Shown here one piece after another: positions 52,340-62,566 of a stretch of 64,000 nt of DNA. The notes under the pieces are model-generated. The model was not told where the DNA came from. It ran no database searches and saw only the letters and a program-made list of their open reading frames with translations. Made by a program: the position numbers and the translations under genes. The stretch covers positions 2,272,001-2,336,000 of the forward strand of contig CAWGMQ010000004.1 of the NCBI GenBank assembly GCA_963823665.1, in the 5' to 3' direction. Each line of letters begins with the position of its first letter. Within the stretch, counting starts at the first letter, position 1. The DNA comes from an uncultured Planctomycetota bacterium. Lineage in GTDB: Bacteria; Planctomycetota; Planctomycetia; Isosphaerales; Isosphaeraceae.

Positions 52340-55300
52340 TCAGTGATTGAACAGAAACGCGGGGCTGTTGATCAGGGCCCAAGCGATATCCTGCGTCGCG
52401 GTCAATCGCCGCACTGCAGCCTGCTGGACGCTCATCTCCAAGTCGTGCCGTAAGCGAACGAGAGTAGGGTCAGGTTGAATCGGCCGGGAGACCAGTTCGA
52501 GTTGGTCCCGCAGGGCCTTCAGGGCGGGATCTAACGGTAGAGGGGCCTTGCTCGCAGCAATGGCTGCGGTCTTCTTACGCAACTCTGGATCGATCGCGCG
52601 GAGATAATTTGTTAGCAGAGACTTTTGAACATCAGTTCGTACCTCAGGTGCGGTGGCAAGGATTGCACGAAAATCCTCTGGCAGGCTCAGCCCAATCGGC
52701 TTGCCACCTCGTGTGAGTGAGAGGCGGAATCGCCCCAGGGTCCAGACCTGGGCAAATTTATGATGCAGTTTGAACGTCAATATCGTACCGCCGGGGGTTC
52801 CGACCGGCTCGGTCGTTTCAAAAACTGCCCAGTGGGTGACACCCGTTACAGGAGCTACGGCCCACCCATTGCCAGGGTCGTTGGAACTTCCATCGATTGC
52901 TTTGCTGACATCAAGGTTATCCTGGTTGAAATCAGCTAATGCGTTTGTAAGTTTGACTGGCTTTGCTTGTTTCGGGTCGGCCTTGGGTGTGGCGATGAGT
53001 TCAATCTCGTTCAGGACAAAGTTGCCATCGGTTGCCCGTCCAGGGCCTTTCTGAGGCAAACTGTCGTCCGTGAGGACCTCCAGGCGTAATCCGCTAACTC
53101 CAGCCAGTTCAGTCTCAGCGGTGATCGTGATAATACCGTTCCGTTTAGGGCCGGAAACCAGAATCGAACCATCGGATTGCTTGGTGAGAATTGACCCGTT
53201 GGTAGCACTCATTGCGGTGGGTTGCAGGACCAGCCAGCGGTTGAGAATGGATGTAGATTTTTCTTTCTCCCAATCGGCGATCCGTTTGACAACAACCGTG
53301 GACTCATAAGCTTTGAGATCGGCCTCCAGCTTGGCCGTGGCCTCGATCTTCTGTTGCTCGGCAAGGGCGAGCTTGGGAGCCTGTGCTTTCTCGTAGGCTG
53401 CAAGCACAGCCTGCGCGGCGACAATGGCCGACTGCCGCTGGCGCTCAAGCAACGGACGCTTGATGGCAAATTCGACTTCACGTTTTCCCAGGTCTTCCGC
53501 CAGTTTGCGATGATCATCCTCTATGGTCTGGATGTCCTTACGGCAAGTTTCAAGCTCGCTGGGCGTCACCGCGCGGCTGAGTATCCTCAAGAACAACTCG
53601 TTGATCAGCTTGACGTCATCGGTCTGCGTGGCGGCAAGCTTACTGAGCTCGTTACCGGGATCAGCGATGGCATCTCCCAGAGTTGGACCGCTGACCAACG
53701 CCATGACGGGGCCGAGTTGTAAGCCACTGGATCGCTCACATTCGCAGGCACTTTCGCGAGCAGGCCGACCGAAGGTTGTCAAGAAACCACTAGGAAGCTC
53801 GACACCAGAATCGGGCAAAGCAGCGGCACGCGTACCCGGCGTGATGCCTGGAAACTTGGAAATGGAACCGGTCACCCGGTACACTGCATCCAGGAGAACC
53901 TCGGCCGGGAGTCGGCGCGCAACCGCGTGAGAGTAGTTGACCTTGTCGTCCTGATTCCACTTGTTTGTCTCGACTGACAACTGGTAGGTGCGAGACTTGC
54001 AGATAAGCCGCATCATGTTGCGCACGTCGAAATTGGATCTGATGAACTCCTTCGTCAGATAATCAAGCAGCTCGGGGTTCGTAGCTGGATTACCGGCTCG
54101 GATGTCGTCAAGCGGCTCTATGATTCCGACACCGAAGAGATAGCCCCACAGCCGATTCACATAGCTCTTGGCGAAATAAGGGTTATCCTTCGAGGTTAAC
54201 CAAGCCGAAAGATCAATGCGCCGAGCCATACCGGGCGCTGGCTTGGCATAATCACATGAGAAAGGAAACTTTGGGGCCGTGATCTTTTTCGTACGGTCAT
54301 GCACGACCTCGCTTTTGCCAGCGTCTGAGATAACCTCGTAAAGCGGCTTGGGTGCCTCAACGTCAGTGCCTCCTACCGTTCGGCCCTTACTTGACGGATC
54401 ACCGGCCAGGTTGACTTGTGCAAAAAAGGCGGCTGTCTGATAGTACTGGTCCTGGGTCCAGCGCTCAAAGGGATGGTCATGGCATTTGTTGCAGTTGAAC
54501 CGAACTGCCAGGAAGAGCTGAGTGGTATTCTCCATGACGGCCGCCGGGTCACGTAAAATCTTGAAGTAAGCTGCGGCCGGATTCTGATAGTTTGACCCGC
54601 TTGCCGTGAGGATCGAGCTCACAAATTTGTCGTAAGGTGTGTTGACGCTGAGCTGTTCGCGAATCCAGTTACGGAGAGCAAGTGACCCCTCGACGCCGAG
54701 GAACTTCCTGTTGACCTGCAGTAAGTCTGCCCACTTGTTAGTCCAGTATTCGATATAGTCGGGGCTACCGATCAGATGATCGATCAGCTCATCGCGTTTG
54801 ACGCGGATATCGCGCTTGTCGGAGAGAAATTTCCGGACATCGTCGGCAGAAGGAGGCAAACCCGTGAGGTCTAAATAAACCCGGCGGATGAAATCCGAGT
54901 CGCTACAAACTCCGGAAGGAAGGATCTTTACTCGCTTCCACTTGGAGACTACCAATTCGTCAATCTTGGAAAAAGTTGGGGGGTCAGTCCAGACAAATCC
55001 GGAACGGTCTCCCATTACAGTCAGTGTGGTCGATGCGTAGTTCCCCTCAAACCGTGCCAGGATAGGTGCTTCGCCTCGGCGAATAGCAGCCATGAGTCCG
55101 GCACGGCCTGCAACAACGACCTCCCCGTTGGCGCTTTCCAAGAAGGCTTCGCGGGTGACATCACGCACCTCGCCAGGACCGTAGGTCGCTACAACACGAA
55201 GCTGAACCTTGGTGCCAGTTCGCTGGACCACTGGGTCGATCGGGAAGACTTGAAGCTTCGTAACACGTTGTGATGAAAGGTTTAGCTTGGCGCCGTCGCT

Positions 55301-57496
55301 GATCCACGCCTTAAGAATCTCATAATACGGCTCGCCGACCTGCATGAGCGCCCCGCCAACATGAGGAACAGCCCCGGTTGGTTTTGTGAGCATCATGCTG
55401 TTACCAGGTGCAGCCAGGTTGATGTGCCGCGCGGCGTGATCGTCGGTCAAGGCTCGTACGTCGAAGAGTGGGTCGTATCCGCGGAGCGAAAGCTTGAAGC
55501 CGTTTTTCCCCTGCGCGGAGCCGTGACAAGTGCCCTGATTACAGCCCAAGCGTGACAGCACCGGTGCAACGTCATGCATGAAGTCAACGTGCATCGGAGC
55601 ACTGAAACCGGAAACAGTCACGGGAACAGATATGCTCTGACCAGCGAGCTTCGCGACCAGCGTCGCCTTTCCGTCTTTTTTGGAGCGAACCAATCCCGCG
55701 CGTGACACGTCGATGAAATCGGCCGGAACGACATAATCAACCATGCGGGTCACATCAACCGACTCTCCTGAGTTAAGCTTGCCCGTGACCAGAATCTGGT
55801 TGTACGCAAACCGTCCATTCAAGACGATTTCCTTGGGTTCTATCTCCAGCGAGGCAAGACTTGCGCCTTCGGGAAGAGACTCGGCTTCAATTGGATCATC
55901 CTGCTTGGGTGCAATTGCCGCAGTTGCGGCATTCTGTACGGCCGGGCGAGGTGTAATACTTACCGGTGCAAATTCCTTGATGAGAGAACCATCCGCTGGG
56001 TTGATGAGTCGAACCTTTCCATCTGATCCGCCAATAGCCAGTGTTTTTCCGCCAGGACGAAAAGCGACGGCATACACAGCGCCCTGCGGAATCTTGACAT
56101 TGGCAATCAGCTTCGCGCCTTCTTTGTGGTATTTGTCGAGATCAGCAGCTTCCGCTGGTGTACGTGTGGTGACGACCTTTTCCTGGATTGCCTTAATTTT
56201 GGGAGACAATGTCGTGTCGAATTCGTAGCTGTAGATGTTAACCTCGCCGCTGCCATCCAAACTGCTACCTGCGGCGATCCGCTTACCGTCGTCACTAACG
56301 GCAACACTATAGATTCGCCCGGGTAGAGGCGGGAATTCGCGGATCATATTGGAATCATCACCGATGACTCGCACCGTTTGACGGAACACGCGATAGAGCT
56401 TGGGCTCGCCGTCGGAGCCGCCGATGATGATTTCATCACGCTTGGGGTGACGTGCAATGGCCGCCAAGCCGCCCTTGAGCGCACCGGGTGTAATCGAAGT
56501 GATGTTGTCGATAAACCGCTGGGTCGAGACTTCAATCAGCTTGGCGGCCATGTCACGACCCACCGACATCAAATGGCTGCCGTCCGCTGAAAAAACCGTG
56601 TCGAGAACCCAGTCGTTGTGCGAGCCCATGTACAGGACTTGATTGCCTGTCTTTGCATCAATTGCACGCACCGAATTATCTGCGCAGCCAAAGGCGATTT
56701 TTGTGCCGTCAGGAGACCAGCTTGCACCATAAACGGTGTCAAATGTGACGGGTACGGAAAGTGTAAGCGCACGTTTGGCGATGTCCCAAACCTGCACTTC
56801 GCCCATTCGAGCAGGTAAGCCGCCGGTAACGGCCAGCCTTTTACCGTCGGGAGAGAAAGCCAAAGATTCAATGCGTTCGGACAAACCAACCAAACGACCA
56901 AGCAATTCACTGCCGTCTGCTTTCCACAGCAAAACTTCGTGAAATCCAGCAATGGCCAGTACAGAACCGTCCGGCGAAAAACCAAGGGCCGGAATAACAG
57001 GTAAGCGCGTATATTCGGGGGGATGAGCCGCGTCATAGCGAGCGACTGACTGAGGTGGTGAATCGTTCTGCGCACCCTGAGCGATCCACCGAGCAATCCG
57101 TTCGATCTCATCCGAGGAGAGCGGCGGCTTGTCCTGTGGCATCAGAGCCTTGCCCTTCTCCGGGGTGATCATTTCAAGCAGGTGGCTTTCCGCAGGTTGA
57201 TGTGGAACAACCGCCCGATCGCCACTTTCACCTCCCTTGAGCAGGAGCTCAAACGAAGTCATGACGTACCGACCGCCGGCTTTCGATGGCTGGTGACAAC
57301 CCATGCATCGAGCTTGGAAAATTGGCCGGATCTCTTTGTCGTAGCTGACTTTCTGGTCCTTACCCGTCGTCTTCTTACCTTCGTTTTGCTCCGCTTCAAC
57401 CGCAACACTTGTGCCTGTCACCACCAGCGCGAAAGCGAGGAGAGCCAGTACGTGTCCAGTCCACGGACACCTTCTCGCTTTGAATGTCGACATCAT
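52340..57496 (-). CDS. Planctomycete cytochrome c + WD40 + Ig-like + DUF1549/DUF1553 (PSCyt2/PSD1) multidomain protein
   Basis: IRPIFQARCMGCH, AFSPDG WD40 repeats, GCNQGTCHG, FIRRVYLDLTG, WADLL, CNKCHDHP, NRLWGYLFGVG, NPELLDYL, CECER, WALINSPAFLFNH. Confidence 0.92.
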   Translation of the reverse strand: MMSTFKARRCPWTGHVLALLAFALVVTGTSVAVEAEQNEGKKTTGKDQKVSYDKEIRPIFQARCMGCHQPSKAGGRYVMTSFELLLKGGESGDRAVVPHQPAESHLLEMITPEKGKALMPQDKPPLSSDEIERIARWIAQGAQNDSPPQSVARYDAAHPPEYTRLPVIPALGFSPDGSVLAIAGFHEVLLWKADGSELLGRLVGLSERIESLAFSPDGKRLAVTGGLPARMGEVQVWDIAKRALTLSVPVTFDTVYGASWSPDGTKIAFGCADNSVRAIDAKTGNQVLYMGSHNDWVLDTVFSADGSHLMSVGRDMAAKLIEVSTQRFIDNITSITPGALKGGLAAIARHPKRDEIIIGGSDGEPKLYRVFRQTVRVIGDDSNMIREFPPLPGRIYSVAVSDDGKRIAAGSSLDGSGEVNIYSYEFDTTLSPKIKAIQEKVVTTRTPAEAADLDKYHKEGAKLIANVKIPQGAVYAVAFRPGGKTLAIGGSDGKVRLINPADGSLIKEFAPVSITPRPAVQNAATAAIAPKQDDPIEAESLPEGASLASLEIEPKEIVLNGRFAYNQILVTGKLNSGESVDVTRMVDYVVPADFIDVSRAGLVRSKKDGKATLVAKLAGQSISVPVTVSGFSAPMHVDFMHDVAPVLSRLGCNQGTCHGSAQGKNGFKLSLRGYDPLFDVRALTDDHAARHINLAAPGNSMMLTKPTGAVPHVGGALMQVGEPYYEILKAWISDGAKLNLSSQRVTKLQVFPIDPVVQRTGTKVQLRVVATYGPGEVRDVTREAFLESANGEVVVAGRAGLMAAIRRGEAPILARFEGNYASTTLTVMGDRSGFVWTDPPTFSKIDELVVSKWKRVKILPSGVCSDSDFIRRVYLDLTGLPPSADDVRKFLSDKRDIRVKRDELIDHLIGSPDYIEYWTNKWADLLQVNRKFLGVEGSLALRNWIREQLSVNTPYDKFVSSILTASGSNYQNPAAAYFKILRDPAAVMENTTQLFLAVRFNCNKCHDHPFERWTQDQYYQTAAFFAQVNLAGDPSSKGRTVGGTDVEAPKPLYEVISDAGKSEVVHDRTKKITAPKFPFSCDYAKPAPGMARRIDLSAWLTSKDNPYFAKSYVNRLWGYLFGVGIIEPLDDIRAGNPATNPELLDYLTKEFIRSNFDVRNMMRLICKSRTYQLSVETNKWNQDDKVNYSHAVARRLPAEVLLDAVYRVTGSISKFPGITPGTRAAALPDSGVELPSGFLTTFGRPARESACECERSSGLQLGPVMALVSGPTLGDAIADPGNELSKLAATQTDDVKLINELFLRILSRAVTPSELETCRKDIQTIEDDHRKLAEDLGKREVEFAIKRPLLERQRQSAIVAAQAVLAAYEKAQAPKLALAEQQKIEATAKLEADLKAYESTVVVKRIADWEKEKSTSILNRWLVLQPTAMSATNGSILTKQSDGSILVSGPKRNGIITITAETELAGVSGLRLEVLTDDSLPQKGPGRATDGNFVLNEIELIATPKADPKQAKPVKLTNALADFNQDNLDVSKAIDGSSNDPGNGWAVAPVTGVTHWAVFETTEPVGTPGGTILTFKLHHKFAQVWTLGRFRLSLTRGGKPIGLSLPEDFRAILATAPEVRTDVQKSLLTNYLRAIDPELRKKTAAIAASKAPLPLDPALKALRDQLELVSRPIQPDPTLVRLRHDLEMSVQQAAVRRLTATQDIAWALINSPAFLFNH

Positions 57497-57825
57497 TGCT
57501 TGCTCCCTGGTCTATTCTTGCGGAATGCTGAGTGACGAGCTGCACGCACTCAGCGAAATCGGACCTCGAAGTTAGTCGGTCGGAGGAAAAGGCGGTATGT
57601 CACGGTTCTCCGGGAGTTTCGCCGGGTAAACCTTCAGACGGGGGCAGGATACAGCGTGATCATGAGGTTGCAAGTAGCGAAAGCCCAAGCCAGTTTGACT
57701 TCAGTTGTACAAACTCGGACTAGCCTGCAACGTCTCTAGCGAATCCATAGTAATTCTACCCAAAATCGACTTCAGATTGCTAGCAATACAATTGTTTAAC
57801 CAGTCAGTTGGGCAGAGGTTGGCCT

Positions 57826-59016
57826 TTAGCAATCGAGGGTTCCCGTTGATCCGTATCCGGTTTGCGGTTCCAGCAGCGACCGAGTAACTCGAGCAATCCG
57901 AATAACCGCCTCCTCCACTTCATTGGCTGATGTACTTGCACCCAGACTCAGGCGAACGGACGACCTTAAACGATCGTCGGGAACTCGCATTGCCATTAAC
58001 GTGGGCGACGGGCGCATCGATCCGCTGGCGCAGGCAGAACCTAGCGAAACTGCAATACCGGCGAGGTCAAGCTGGATCAGAAGGGCATTGCCGTCAATGC
58101 CCGGGAAGGCCAGGTTGACTGTCTGTGGAAGTCGCTGCTGATCGTCTACTGGACCGTTGCGGATAACATGTCCAGGTCCAAGGGCCCTCACCAACCCATG
58201 TTCAAGGTGATCCCTCAAGTCTCTCCAGCGGGTGGATCTCGCTATGCGCTGGTCGTGCCATTTCTTGAGAGCAGCAGCCAATCCGACGGCGAGCGGCACT
58301 GCAACAGTACCCGGGCGCCGGCCTTGCTGCTGACCACCGCCAAATAGCCGTGAGCCTAGCCGTGCACCACTTTTGAGTAGCAGGATGCCAATCCCAACTG
58401 GTCCGTGAAACTTATGAGCACTCGCTGCAAGCGTGGTCACGCCCAGGTTATGAAAATTAACCGGAATTCGACCAACAGCCTGTACAGCGTCAGTATGGAC
58501 GGGAATATTCCGCTCGGCTGCAAGTGTTGTGAGTTGATCCACTGGCTGAATCGCACCGGTTTCATTATTCGCCAGCATAAGGGTCGCAAACCGGGTCGTG
58601 GCCCGGAATAGCCCACTCAAGCTCTTGATTTCGGCTACGCCATGATTGTTGATTGGTAGCCGATCTACAAGAAAGCCCGCTGCCTCAAGACGAGCAACCG
58701 GCTCAGCAATTGCGGCGTGCTCGATAGGACTGGAGACTACGTGCCCCGGTGAGGACTCAGCACCTGCCAGACCAAAGACCGCGAGGTTATTGGCCTCCGT
58801 TCCCCCGGACGTAAAGATCACCTCAGTAGGATCAGCCCCGAGAATCTCCGCAGTGGTCTCCTTGGCATTCTCATACGCACGTCGGGCAGCACGTCCAAAA
58901 GCGTGGCGACTTTCTGCATTACCAGCAGCCAGGAAATACGGCCTCATCGCCTCGAACACATCCGGATCCAGAGGCGTGGTGGAATTGTGATCGAGATAAA
59001 TCGGCTCGGGTTGCAT
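57826..59016 (-). CDS. iscS: Cysteine desulfurase (IscS/NifS group I)
   Basis: YLDHNSTTP, FTSGGTEANN, ANNETG, HTDAVQ, SAHKFHGP, GSACASG. Confidence 0.88.
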   Translation of the reverse strand: MQPEPIYLDHNSTTPLDPDVFEAMRPYFLAAGNAESRHAFGRAARRAYENAKETTAEILGADPTEVIFTSGGTEANNLAVFGLAGAESSPGHVVSSPIEHAAIAEPVARLEAAGFLVDRLPINNHGVAEIKSLSGLFRATTRFATLMLANNETGAIQPVDQLTTLAAERNIPVHTDAVQAVGRIPVNFHNLGVTTLAASAHKFHGPVGIGILLLKSGARLGSRLFGGGQQQGRRPGTVAVPLAVGLAAALKKWHDQRIARSTRWRDLRDHLEHGLVRALGPGHVIRNGPVDDQQRLPQTVNLAFPGIDGNALLIQLDLAGIAVSLGSACASGSMRPSPTLMAMRVPDDRLRSSVRLSLGASTSANEVEEAVIRIARVTRSLLEPQTGYGSTGTLDC

Positions 59017-59050
59017 GGCCGGTCACGATTCAGTTGGGCCAGAAGAACAG

Positions 59051-59416
59051 TCAGCCAAGGCTTTTAAGTGTGAGCACCAATCCGACCAGAAACAAGGGAA
59101 TTCCCAGGAAGAACAAAGGTCCGGCCCAGAGCGCGATGCCAACCACCATCAGGCAAAACCCGAGCATGATCGCTGCTAATCTTCCTACCCACGCAATCAC
59201 CAGAAAGACCAGCCGGAACGGCAGCGCGACCAGGGAGAAGATCGTGCCCAGGACGCTCAGGCAAATCTCCAGCCACGATGTTCGTCGGTTAACAGGCCGA
59301 ACCTGCGCATTTAAAGGCTTGTTCGCTTGATGCGAACCAAGGCGAGTTCCCGCATCGCCAGGCCATGCACGGTCAGATAAGGCGTATCGATCTGTTTTAG
59401 ACTGGGCTTGTCTCAT
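59051..59416 (-). CDS. Small membrane protein (2-3 TM), probably co-transcribed with the desulfurase
   Basis: Hydrophobic C-terminal half; ends 34 bp before the desulfurase start. Confidence 0.6.
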   Translation of the reverse strand: MRQAQSKTDRYALSDRAWPGDAGTRLGSHQANKPLNAQVRPVNRRTSWLEICLSVLGTIFSLVALPFRLVFLVIAWVGRLAAIMLGFCLMVVGIALWAGPLFFLGIPLFLVGLVLTLKSLG

Positions 59417-59597
59417 TCGACTATTGGGTTAAATTGCCTGTGCACCAAAGTATGCCAGTTGGTTCTATTGAGAGGTGTCCCTAGTTCATTCGCCAGTCGT
59501 ACCAAACCCTTGAGCCATCACTGGATTATCACCAGTTCTCTAGGCTTAGCAAGTCGGTGCTTGTGAGTGCATGGGCCAAGGCAAGGAGGCCGTGACT

Positions 59598-60443
59598 GTG
59601 CGAAAAGCTATCCTCGTTATTCTACTCGTCGGTGCCGCCTTTCTCGGTGGAGCCTTCGTTAATGGTCCTGGACTCCAATGGGCCCAATCCCGAGCACTTC
59701 GATTACTCGGGTTGAACAGCGTTGGAGAAATTGCTGCAGTTGACCTGGAAACAAGCCCAAATGGCGAAACCGGCGCCGATTCCACTCCCATAGAACGATT
59801 GGAAATCCCTGCAGCTACGCCAATATCTCCCGTCGCATCGGAAGACAAGTCCTTCAAAAAAGATCCATCCAACAAAACTTCGGAACTCAAGCTCAGGTCC
59901 AAGTCAACTAAAAATGATCCAGGCTCTGATCAATCTCGTCAGACACTTTTACCTTCGGCAACATCTTCTCGCTCGGTGACGAAATCTTCGTCGGGCATCG
60001 TTGCTCCCGTAGACCAAGACGTAATACTGGCCCATGGCGATTCCCCAGCGCAGCCCCGATCGAGCTCGACAGCACCATCGAACACCGTTAAAGCAGCAAC
60101 GGTGCTTGTGGATAGCCTCGCAGGTCTGTTGCCACCTGGCGAGAATCCCTCGCCTAGCTCAGGACCTCCACCGGCGCAGTCTTCAGGGCGAAAACCAACC
60201 CGAGTGGCCGATGATGAATGGACAATCCTCGAGAGCAAGATGCAGACCCTCGGGGTAAGCCGGTTCACCATTGAGGGCAAGCCGGGGGGATCTATCGTCT
60301 TCGCGTGCTTGATCCCTGTTGCTGGGCGCCAAGCGGTTGCTGAACGATTTGAGGCCGAGGGAGATGATGTCATTCGGGCAGCGCAATCCGTCCTGCGGCG
60401 CATCGTTCTGTGGCGTACAACCCAACGTTCACATGGCGAGTGA
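59598..60443 (+). CDS. Membrane-anchored hypothetical protein (low-complexity linker, compact C-terminal domain)
   Basis: N-terminal TM, S/P/T-rich linker, C-terminal LGVSRFTIEG..FACLIP..RFEAEG. AAGGAGG RBS favours the GTG at 59598 over the ATG at 59571. Confidence 0.7.
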   Translation: MRKAILVILLVGAAFLGGAFVNGPGLQWAQSRALRLLGLNSVGEIAAVDLETSPNGETGADSTPIERLEIPAATPISPVASEDKSFKKDPSNKTSELKLRSKSTKNDPGSDQSRQTLLPSATSSRSVTKSSSGIVAPVDQDVILAHGDSPAQPRSSSTAPSNTVKAATVLVDSLAGLLPPGENPSPSSGPPPAQSSGRKPTRVADDEWTILESKMQTLGVSRFTIEGKPGGSIVFACLIPVAGRQAVAERFEAEGDDVIRAAQSVLRRIVLWRTTQRSHGE

Positions 60444-60597
60444 ACAATTCCGCCAGCAAAGAGTGGAGGTTAAGCAAGATGTACCGCACGAGCGCTGAAA
60501 CGCAGGTCTGCCCTAAATCAGAAAGGAGCTTATGCGGCGAATCGAGCTTATCTATAATGAAGAACGCATTCTGTGTGCCTCACATTGAGGAGACAGA

Positions 60598-61207
60598 ATG
60601 GCGAGTCCGATGTCGAGAAGTCAACCTTTCCGGCGCGATCACGGTGTAGCCCAGTTCGGGCAACTGCAGAACAAGGCCACAGCTCACCGAGGAAATTCCA
60701 ATTCGCTGGCTGTTAATTGTTACTGGTAGCACACTCCGAGCCGAGGAGATGGACCGTCCGCTTGGCTACTATCTCAAACAGCGCATCGAGAATTCCCTTT
60801 CCGAAGCAACCGTAAATGGGCAAACTGGCTTGGAGGATTATCTTGTTCGCATCGTAGCCGACTTTCGTTGGATCCATGATGAACCTCTCCAAAGCCTTCC
60901 GACGATCTCACTTGGTGGTCCTGGGGTAAACGCCCTTTCACATCGCTGGCTCGAGGAAGTTCCCGTTTCACTCGCCTTTAGCGAACGATACTTCATTCAG
61001 ATGGACCCTGAGCTGACCGAGCCTCGTGTCAGTATCTGGGGCATGGATAACACAAGCACTCAAATTGCTGTTTCTGTATTCGTTGACCGCTTCCTGCCAC
61101 GATTCCTTGATCGCTGTGTCACCATCCCGGCACACCTCTCAACTCTTGATTCTGATGGGGAGGCTAGCGCGGGAACCGACGACGATGACGGTGAAAATGA
61201 CGGCTGA
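60598..61207 (+). CDS. Hypothetical protein; probable frameshift near 60680
   Basis: The frame of ORF 60749..61207 stays open and protein-like upstream (IRWLLIVTGSTLRAEEMDRP) with no start codon; an ATG with GAGGAG RBS sits at 60598 in another frame. Confidence 0.55.
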
Positions 61208-61280
61208 GTAACGAGTGTCGCAGACCGAGTCATTCAGTCAGGATGACATTCCCTTTGGTATCCACGGAAGGAACCAATGA

Positions 61281-62399
61281 ATGGAGTTGCGTTGTTCAAT
61301 CAGCCGAAGTGTTGATGTCGTTGTGACGGCGATAGTCCTGGCATGCGTTTCGTGCTTTACCGCTTGCTATGCAAATAGCGCAGAACGCCCGCGACAAGTA
61401 ATAATCTTGGTCGATCGTGTTGTGACACAGGATCAAGGGACGTGGATTATTGATTACCGCCTCCGTAACACTTCACGCGGGGGCGTGATCATCACTCCTG
61501 ACGAAATCAAACTCAAGGTCGAGGGATGGGTGTCGAATTCGCGGGTTTCGAGTCATGCACTTCCTCGATGGTCTTCCGTTATTATCACAGCACGTGTTGA
61601 GCCCGCAGCGTTCACGGACGTGATCACGGCAGTTGACGAATCGGAACGGTGTCGCGAACGTGTAACGATTTCGATCTGGGGTGAGGGACGATCACGGCGT
61701 GACCTCAGTTCGACGGTGACGAATACCAATCCCCCGGTAGCAGTCACACCACCTGCTGGATCAGCACTGGCTTCCTGCCAGATAGTGAGCTTGGCCCCTG
61801 GCGACATGGTCCGTGTGCGTCTGAGGATCGATCACCAGCATGTTCTGTACGGTGAATACGACCCGCTTTTGGGTGTTCGTACCATGGAACTAACTGTGGG
61901 TCAGTCGGTAATTCGAGACATGCTGCCGCTTGATCGAGAACAGTATCTTGCTCAGCCGAAGTACACCTGGCCTGAGCCTCCGGACGAGCGTCGCGATACA
62001 CGGCATTTTTTCTCCGCTCCTGACAGCTTACACATCCAGGCCGACATACAAGGCCATCAGAGCTACCGATTCCAGGAGCGCCCTGTGCGCTACAACACCA
62101 AGATGAAACTCCGGTTCTGGTATCTGATCGCCGTCGGCACAGAAGGCGAGTGCCGCGTGCGTGTTGGGCAAAACAAAGACACACCGCTCGCTTGGCGTCA
62201 GCTCCATGAAGCCGGGTTCGAAGAACGACTGAAGACAATCGGCCACTGGACCAAGTACGAACGCATTGTTCAGACTGAGCCCGAGGCAACCAGAATTATC
62301 TTGGAGTTCAAGATCGTGGGTGAAATTGACTCAGGAGAAATGTGGATTGACGACGTGAACCTTGAACCGGTGGGAATCATTGAGCCCGGCGGACCTTGA
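61281..62399 (+). CDS. Secreted hypothetical protein with a C-terminal CBM4/9-like jelly-roll domain
   Basis: Hydrophobic signal; C-terminal WTKYERIVQT..LEFKI..GEMWIDDVNLEPV resembles galactose-binding-like domains. Confidence 0.65.
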   Translation: MELRCSISRSVDVVVTAIVLACVSCFTACYANSAERPRQVIILVDRVVTQDQGTWIIDYRLRNTSRGGVIITPDEIKLKVEGWVSNSRVSSHALPRWSSVIITARVEPAAFTDVITAVDESERCRERVTISIWGEGRSRRDLSSTVTNTNPPVAVTPPAGSALASCQIVSLAPGDMVRVRLRIDHQHVLYGEYDPLLGVRTMELTVGQSVIRDMLPLDREQYLAQPKYTWPEPPDERRDTRHFFSAPDSLHIQADIQGHQSYRFQERPVRYNTKMKLRFWYLIAVGTEGECRVRVGQNKDTPLAWRQLHEAGFEERLKTIGHWTKYERIVQTEPEATRIILEFKIVGEIDSGEMWIDDVNLEPVGIIEPGGP

Positions 62400-62566
62400 A
62401 CCAAATGCTCTAAGCTTTGTCCCTAACACTGTTTCAGTCCGTTCAAGAAAGGCGAAACTTCGACTGTTGTTCCGAAAAAGTAGAATAGACGTGCGCCTGG
62501 CATTGCTCACCTTGTACACTACAGCCTTGATCCCACGGCATTAATATCTGCCCCTGGACTCCATTC

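Noticed and set aside
60410..60749. In-frame TAG read-through (pyrrolysine or recoding) joining ORF 60410..60649 to ORF 60749..61207
   Set aside because: The upstream ORF overlaps the previous gene and does not look protein-like, TAG is used as a normal stop elsewhere in the window, and a frameshift from the ATG at 60598 fits better.
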